A stretch of 64,000 bases of DNA, taken from assembly GCA_951406725.2 (NCBI GenBank), contig OX597821.1:52886001-52950000 (forward strand), read 5' to 3'. Positions 57,601 to 64,000 of the stretch are shown here, in pieces. Under the pieces are notes generated by a model. The model was given only the letters and a program-made list of their open reading frames with translations, searched no databases and was not told the origin of the DNA. Each line of letters begins with the position of its first letter. Position 1 is the stretch's first letter. The translations under genes were made by a program, and so were the position numbers. This stretch comes from Octopus vulgaris. Lineage: Eukaryota.

Positions 57601-58230
57601 GCTGATTTTGTTTTTGTGCTCGCTGGGTGCCTTCATGTTATCTGAGTTGTGGGAAAAATACATGCCAGTACAGCTGGAACGGAATATGAATGTATGGAGA
57701 TTTGGGGAGGATGCATGTACATACAATCTTGGCGGAGAGATTGGTTCAGTTACGAGAGGTGTGCTACGACTGGAATTACATTTTTTAAGTGAGCATCTTG
57801 CCTGGTAGGTGAGTGAAATTGCAGTCACGGTATGTGCATAGATTCGTGCATAGAGAAGGGTGGCATATTTTGGGATGTTTTTGACGTGTGGGTTTTAAGT
57901 GTCAGTGAATTGTAAATAGATTTTGGTTTAGATTTGTTTGGTGACACTGGGGTAATGGAGAGGTAAAAAGAAAATGTAACTGGCTGAAATAGTAATATTA
58001 GAGATAGGTGAGTTTGACAGCATTTACGTTGAGGCAGAGGTGACGGGTGAGGGAGAAAGAAGGAGTAGTTTAGAAAGATGAGTGAAGTATGGAGTGTTTG
58101 AGGTTCGTCACGGAGGTCATAACCGTAGGAAAAGAATAAAATAAAAAAGTAGTAGTGGTGTTAGTAATAGTAGTGGTGGTGGTGGTGGTGGTAGTAGTAG
58201 TAGTAGTAGTAATAGTAGTAGTATTAGTAA

Positions 58231-58283
<53 letters not shown>

Positions 58284-58620
58284 ATAGTAGTAGTAATAAA
58301 CGGTAGCAGCAATGGCGATGTGGATGGTGATAGTGGTAAGTCTTGGTAGTACAGTGGCTGCGATCGCCGTAGCTGTTGTAATGGTTCCAATTGTGTTGAT
58401 GTGTTTGCTGTTAATTCTGTTAGTGCCGCTAATTGCAGATACATGGTTGTTAGAAAGGTTTGAGCAAGTTTATCCACGTGCTTAATTATGGCATGATGTG
58501 AAGTAGTAATTTCTTTCAGTTAGAAATATTCTCTCTTGGCTGTGATATTTATACACAGGGCATGGATGTTTTTATTTTGAGAAAGAATGAACCATGCATT
58601 AATGAGAATGGCGATTTCAC
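54640..58620 (-). mobile_element. Decayed near-full-length CR1-type LINE (ORF1-like region, endonuclease region, RT)
   Basis: RT motifs on the minus strand: DVIYLDFSKAF..VDHSILLNKL (~55600-55660), IIYIND, FADD (~55380), KNSAVGP-like and IVPVFAKG, with a C-terminal IPDKP. Many stops and frameshifts; 5' boundary approximate. Confidence 0.8.
58150..58297. repeat. (TAG)n/(TGG)n trinucleotide repeat
   Basis: Direct inspection. Confidence 0.95.
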
Positions 58621-58632
58621 TGTCAGACAAAG

Positions 58633-59019
58633 TGGAGGCGCAATGGCCCAGTGGTTAGGGCAGCAGACTCGCGGTCGTAGGGTCGCGGTTTCGATTCCCA
58701 GACCGGGCGTTGTGAGTGTTTATTGAGCGAAAACACCTAAAGATCCACGAGTCTCCGGCAGGGATGGTGGTGATCCCTGCTGTACTCTTTCGCTACAACT
58801 TTCTCTCACTCTTACTTCCTGTTTCTGTTGTACCTGTATTTCAATGGGCCGGGCTTGTCACTCTCTGTGTCACGCTGAATATCCCCGAGAACTATGTTAA
58901 GGGTACACGTGTCTGTGGAGTGCTCAGCCACTTACACGTTAATTTCACGAGCAGGCTGTTCCGTTGATCGGATCAACTGGAATCCTCGTCGTCGTAACCG
59001 ACGGAGTGCTTCCACCACC
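58633..59019 (+). mobile_element. SINE family A, full length (tail type 2)
   Basis: tRNA-like head with box A TGGCCCAGTGG and box B GGTTTCGATTCC; TCG in the anticodon-like loop. Confidence 0.9.
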
Positions 59020-60354
59020 TTCGCGAGATTGTAATACACTCGAACATTGCATTCGACTATCAATTCTGTCGGGAACAACTATTTACGCGTTGTTGGTACA
59101 ACAACAACAACAGCAGCAGCATCAGTAACGTAGCCGGCAGCAACAACAGGAATTCAGCGATAAAAGTAACAGCAGTAACATCAGCAACAGCGTCAGTAGA
59201 TAGAGTTTGAGACTTTTTGGTGTGGTCCATATGCCCCTCTTAGTTTTCTTTGCTGATTTGGCATCACATGTTTAAGCCTTCAGACATTCTGAAGCGAAGA
59301 AATTTTAAACTATATGAATGTTTGGTAAATCATTTTAAAATCTTCTCTGTTATAAATAAGTGGTTTTTCATCATATAATGCTAATAACTCTTATTTATCT
59401 TCTGATATTTTGCAGTGCATCTGTACTATATAAAAATATTCAACCCCAGTTGTAGTTACCCTTCTCCTCCTCGCTTTTTGCTTTTGAGTGTGTTTTTCTT
59501 CTTGCGTATGTAAGTAACTGAGTGTTTTCCTTTCATTGTATGTGTTCTTTTTACCTAACATTTTAATGACTAAATCTCTTCCTGTAACCGAATGATTCTC
59601 TGTGTGTATATGTGTACATGTCTTCGGCGCCAAATATTGCCGGAACAGCTTCTCTACTTAAACAACCGTAGCAAAACTGGCACCTGAATAGCTGCCCCAA
59701 ATAATCCTATTCTCTTAAAAAAAAACCCAAAAAAACCGTTATGTGCTTAGTCAATGGTAAGAAAGAACAGCTATATCCACCTGTTCTTATAGCCAAAGGC
59801 CTTTCAAAATTAAAACGACTGGTTGATGTAGTCCTTCCTTTATTACACTAATCACGAAACTTAAACCGGAAGATTCTGTTGGCTAGAATATCTTCCATTA
59901 CATATTTATTCGATCAAAGTTCAACAGGGTCTGAAAAAAGGCGCAACAAACACAAAATATGAAAACAGCGGTATATAACCTGCTAGTTTTCAACCGAATA
60001 TATCATTTGTAGCATATCTGAAGAAATATCTAATATGAGGGATGTGGGTTTTTGGTTTTGATTGTTAATCAGCAGTAGCCGAAGAAGGAGGTGGTGAAGA
60101 AGAAGAAGAAGATGGTGTAGGAAAAGAAGAGGAAGAATAAGAAAAAGACGGGAGTAGCACGACAGTAGTAGGTTGTTGGTGGAGTCCTCTTAAATGGTCA
60201 AGTGCCACAAAGTGAACTGTTGTGGTTATAGTAGTCATGACTGGAGTTGTTCTGAATAAATTCGTGGATAGTGACTGTTCTGAATATATAATATTTTAAT
60301 ATTTGCGTGGGTATTATTCTAAGGGCCTTTTAGTAGAGTCATTTATGGTGAAAG

Positions 60355-60605
60355 CATTCAAACGTGGTTTACATTTTGCGATAAAATATGACTCTTTGCT
60401 AATGCGCTGATTATAGGTTGCATCGTCCCTGAATTTATAAAAGGGAAAAATTCTGAAGTTGGGGTGATAATGTCGATATGTTCGCTGAATGCTATTTTTC
60501 TGTATTCCAAAATTTTAATCTGGGATCTCTGTAGGGTCATCATTTGGCGTAAACTGTTCTTGGTTTGGCCTATGTATAGCTCTCGATACCATGAGCAAGT
60601 TAAGT
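60355..60605 (-). mobile_element. Penelope-like element GIY-YIG endonuclease C-terminal fragment (frameshifted)
   Basis: LTCSWYRELYIGQTKNSLRQMMTLQRSQI..SEHID, then in a shifted frame NFRIFPFYKFRDDATYNQRISKESYFIAKCKPRLN, typical of PLE C-termini. Confidence 0.8.
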
Positions 60606-60751
60606 TTCTTCTTCTACTACTACTACTTAAGCTACTGCTGCTTAAACAGTCAAAACCAAGAAACCACATCCCTCATATTAAATATTTCTTCAGCTCTGCT
60701 ACTACCTGCCTACCGAGTTTTCACAAAAGTGAGAGAGAGAGAGAAAGACAG

Positions 60752-60952
60752 AAGAAAGGAAAATGTCCCGAATATTTGAAAATTATGGAAATATTAAAAA
60801 AAAACATTTCATTTAATATTTCCACAATTCAATTGTTTTTCATGCTTTATTCTAAGTTGAAAAAATCGCAAAGTCTGAAACCGGTTCTAAAATGTTCTTC
60901 ATGATAAAATTACTTTAGCATTTCTTACCTTATCCTATTTTACTTATGTATG

Positions 60953-61004
<52 letters not shown>

Positions 61005-61012
61005 TGTATGTA

Positions 61013-61056
<44 letters not shown>

Positions 61057-61469
61057 GATGTATTTATACGAAAATATTAGTGTATATATATATATGTGTG
61101 TGTATATATATATATACATATGTGTACATGTGTATATATGTACATATATATGTATATGCATATATACATATAAACATATATCTCTGTCTCTCTTGTCTAC
61201 TCTTGTGGGTTCGAGAGTATACTGCGCAGAGTTATTCAACGATCTCGAACCCACAAGAGTAATCAAGAGAGACAGAGTCAGGCAGAAACAACGAAAATGC
61301 CCCTTGTATTTGAATACTATGCAAATATTCTTTTAAAAAACGTTTCTTTTAATTTTTCCAAAATTTTAATGTTTTCCATACTTACAGTTGAAAAAGTCTC
61401 AATGACTAGAATCGGTGCTGAAATGTTTTTTATAAAATTATTTTAGCATTTTCTACCATGACGTTTTTT

Positions 61470-61470
<1 letters not shown>
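60752..61470 (+). mobile_element. Two diverged ~185-bp direct repeats (60752-60935 and 61282-61470), each with a decayed minimal hammerhead; probable Penelope pseudo-LTR pieces
   Basis: Shared GAAAATG(T/C)CC..TATTTGAA..TATG..AAATATT and ATAAAATTA..TTTAGCATTT blocks; motifs TTGAAAA..GAAACCGGT and CAG-TTGAAAA-AGTC/GACT-AGAA-TCGGTG-CTG. Confidence 0.5.
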
Positions 61471-61508
<38 letters not shown>

Positions 61509-61515
61509 TCCCCCC

Positions 61516-61557
<42 letters not shown>

Positions 61558-61561
<4 letters not shown>

Positions 61562-61822
61562 CCATCAGATGTTGTTACACATCGCTGGTCACAATGCGTT
61601 CGCATTGATTTTAGCCTTCGAATGACGCCAACCCGCTGGCTAAGCGAGCAGGCCAACAGAAGAAAGAGTGGGAGAAAGTGCGGTGAAAGAGTACAGCAGG
61701 GATCACCAGCCCCTGCCGGAGCGTCGTGGAGCTTTTAGGTGTTTTCGCTCAATAAACACTCACAACGCCCGGTCTGGGAATCGAAACCGCGATCCTGCTG
61801 ACCTAACCACTGGGCCATTGCT

Positions 61823-61825
<3 letters not shown>
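61558..61825 (-). mobile_element. SINE family A, tail type 1
   Basis: Matches 7558-7839. Confidence 0.85.
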
Positions 61826-61898
<73 letters not shown>

Positions 61899-62624
61899 GT
61901 ATGTATATATACACATACATACACACGAAAATGTATAAATACATATACGCACACACATATGTATACATATTTATATTCACACACGCACATATACGAATGC
62001 AATTAGTGCTGCTATGTCTATATAATTGTATTTTTCATAATCTTTCCTTTTCAATCACTTCGATATCCGTGTATAGTTCGTTGATTTCTAGTATATTTTC
62101 TGATGAACAACTCTGCGCCGTATACTTAATATCCAGAAAACTTGATATTAAAAAAGGCAAGTATTCTGATAGAAGAGAAAGTGAAAATTCTTGGCTTTAA
62201 AGATTTTTCTCTGGTCGTGATTTAATTTATACTGAAAAGGAAAAAAGATACTATGTTGGTAGATTAAATAGTTTCTCAGATATCCAGTGTGAAAATTTAT
62301 GCCATATAATCAATCAATGGAACAAAACCAAAGGCAGATCAGCTCCTACTAATTTGATAGCTGTGCAACTTACATGAAACAAATGATGGTAGACATGCAA
62401 ATGTACTTTCATGTCTATCTAATTTGGCACGGTGTTCCAGTATCTCTGAGAAAGCATTTTTCAATCTGGGCTTATGGAAGAAAACCTTTCGATAAAAAAG
62501 ATGAATAGATAACTGAAGTGAAATGTCTTGAACTTAGAAAAGAAATTGTTTCCAGATAAAAGCACGCTATATTCTTATTTCACATCCCATGGCACAGATC
62601 ATAAAAGATTGAAATATTGCTTTC

Positions 62625-62745
62625 TAATTTTGGATACAAACCCAGCAATTTCGGGGCAAAGGTTAAGTAATTTACATCGACCCTCAGTGATCAGTTGGTA
62701 CTTATTTTACCGACCCCAAATGAATGAAAGGCAAAGTTGATTTTG
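62625..62745 (-). mobile_element. SINE family C fragment
   Basis: TTACATCGACCC..TGGTACTTATTTTACCGACCCC..ATGAAAGGCAAAGTTGA. Confidence 0.65.
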
Positions 62746-62833
62746 AACAAGTGTTTGCAAGCATAGCTGATGGGCGACCATAGCGTGGTGAATGAATCTG
62801 CTTGACGGAAACTGAGAGAAGCTTGCCGAGTAC

Positions 62834-62865
<32 letters not shown>

Positions 62866-62944
62866 GTGTATGTATGTATGTATGTATGTATGTATGTATG
62901 TATGTATGTATGTATGTATGTATGTATGTATGTATGTATACATA

Positions 62945-63214
62945 CAGGATGCGGTGAATACATTGACGTCTAAATTACGCAAAAAGGAAAATAACACTGA
63001 CATCTAATTTTAACAATTATATTTACCAAAATTACATAGAAATATCTTGAAATACTAAATAGCAAATTTATTTACTCTTTAGTATAGAGTAAATCTATTT
63101 CGTCATTGGCTTCAACCACAGCCTCCAGACGACTTCGGAATCTCTTGCAACTCTTTCGAACTGTCTGCTTCATCAAGTTAATGAATGTTGCCATCTTTGC
63201 TACCTTCAGTTCAT
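62945..63214 (-). mobile_element. Mariner/maT-like transposon 3' fragment
   Basis: ELKVAKMATFINLMKQTVRKSCKRFRSRLEAVVEANDE is a typical C-terminus; TA-CAGGATG terminus. Confidence 0.7.
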
Positions 63215-63750
63215 AAAAACTGCAGTTACCGTGGAAAAAATTTCTCTTATGATAAATGGTGCGAAAACTCACAGTTCGTTCATTGTCGCCATCTGTTAGG
63301 AATACCAGGCATCGATTTTTCGAGTTTTTTGACGACACTGAACGAACTGGGTTTTTTCACAACTTATTCCATAAGAGAGATTTTTCTCCACGGTAACAGC
63401 AATATATTAACCTTTTAGCAATTGAAATATGTAACAAATATCTTTCACCTCACCTCAATTCTGGTCATACCTAAACACTGCTTCGCGCTAATGCTTCGTT
63501 GTTTGCCTTGATCGGGCGATATACTAGCGCAAATCAGTCAGTGTGTTGACTGAAATATATATAAAGCTACAGCTTTAAGTTCGTTCAGAGTAGCTTCTCT
63601 TAGGTACATCTCATTTATAAGAGTCAAAAAACGTCGATGTCTGGAATTCCTAACAGATGCCGGCACTGAACGAACTGTGTGTTTTCACATCTTATTACCG
63701 CGCTAACTGCTGTATATTTGTATTTTAACAGTTGAAATATGTGACAAACG
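63215..63750 (+). mobile_element. Element with inverted plus direct terminal repeats (Penelope-like architecture)
   Basis: 63225-63288 is inverted relative to 63333-63397; 63333-63440 recurs directly at ~63661-63750; 63265-63325 is the reverse complement of ~63627-63680. Confidence 0.55.
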
Positions 63751-63765
63751 TATTTGTGTGTGTTT

Positions 63766-63804
<39 letters not shown>

Positions 63805-64000
63805 GTATATATTATTATTTCATTTGATTTTTTAATACTATATATATATATAATTATACAGTATATATTTATTATTTCATTTGATTTTTTAATAATATCC
63901 TAAAATACTGTCGTAACAAGCACTTACCAAAGATTTGACTTTCACGTAATGCGAAGGTTTATAGTAGATCTGATGTGTAATAATGCTTCATTGATTTCTT

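Noticed and set aside
58633-58710. tRNA gene
   Set aside because: Box A/B are present, but the head is fused to a multi-copy SINE body and has no proper acceptor stem.

Overview
Eukaryotic, AT-rich, microsatellite-dense genomic DNA, most likely an octopus (inferred from the SINE families and repeat style, not verified by search). The only host gene evidence is the first coding exon (minus strand, 92-806) of a natriuretic-peptide-receptor / receptor-guanylyl-cyclase-like gene. The other ~63 kb is non-coding and filled with tRNA-derived SINEs, Tc1/mariner relics, non-autonomous Helitrons, CR1-type LINE relics and Penelope-like fragments. The main finding is a young 3.76-kb array of a 490-bp unit at 32080-35842 (about 1.4 inverted plus 6.3 direct copies, flanked by (TA)n). 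Each complete unit carries an intact type I hammerhead ribozyme with an unusually long helix II and a near-palindromic helix III, and the rest of the unit folds into G-U-rich hairpins on the same strand. The inversion junction lies 4 nt from the predicted cleavage site. This fits a retrozyme or Penelope-mobilised, possibly circular, self-cleaving RNA. Several other minimal or decayed hammerheads and a Penelope GIY-YIG fragment are scattered through the window. All structures were paired by eye, and TE boundaries are approximate.
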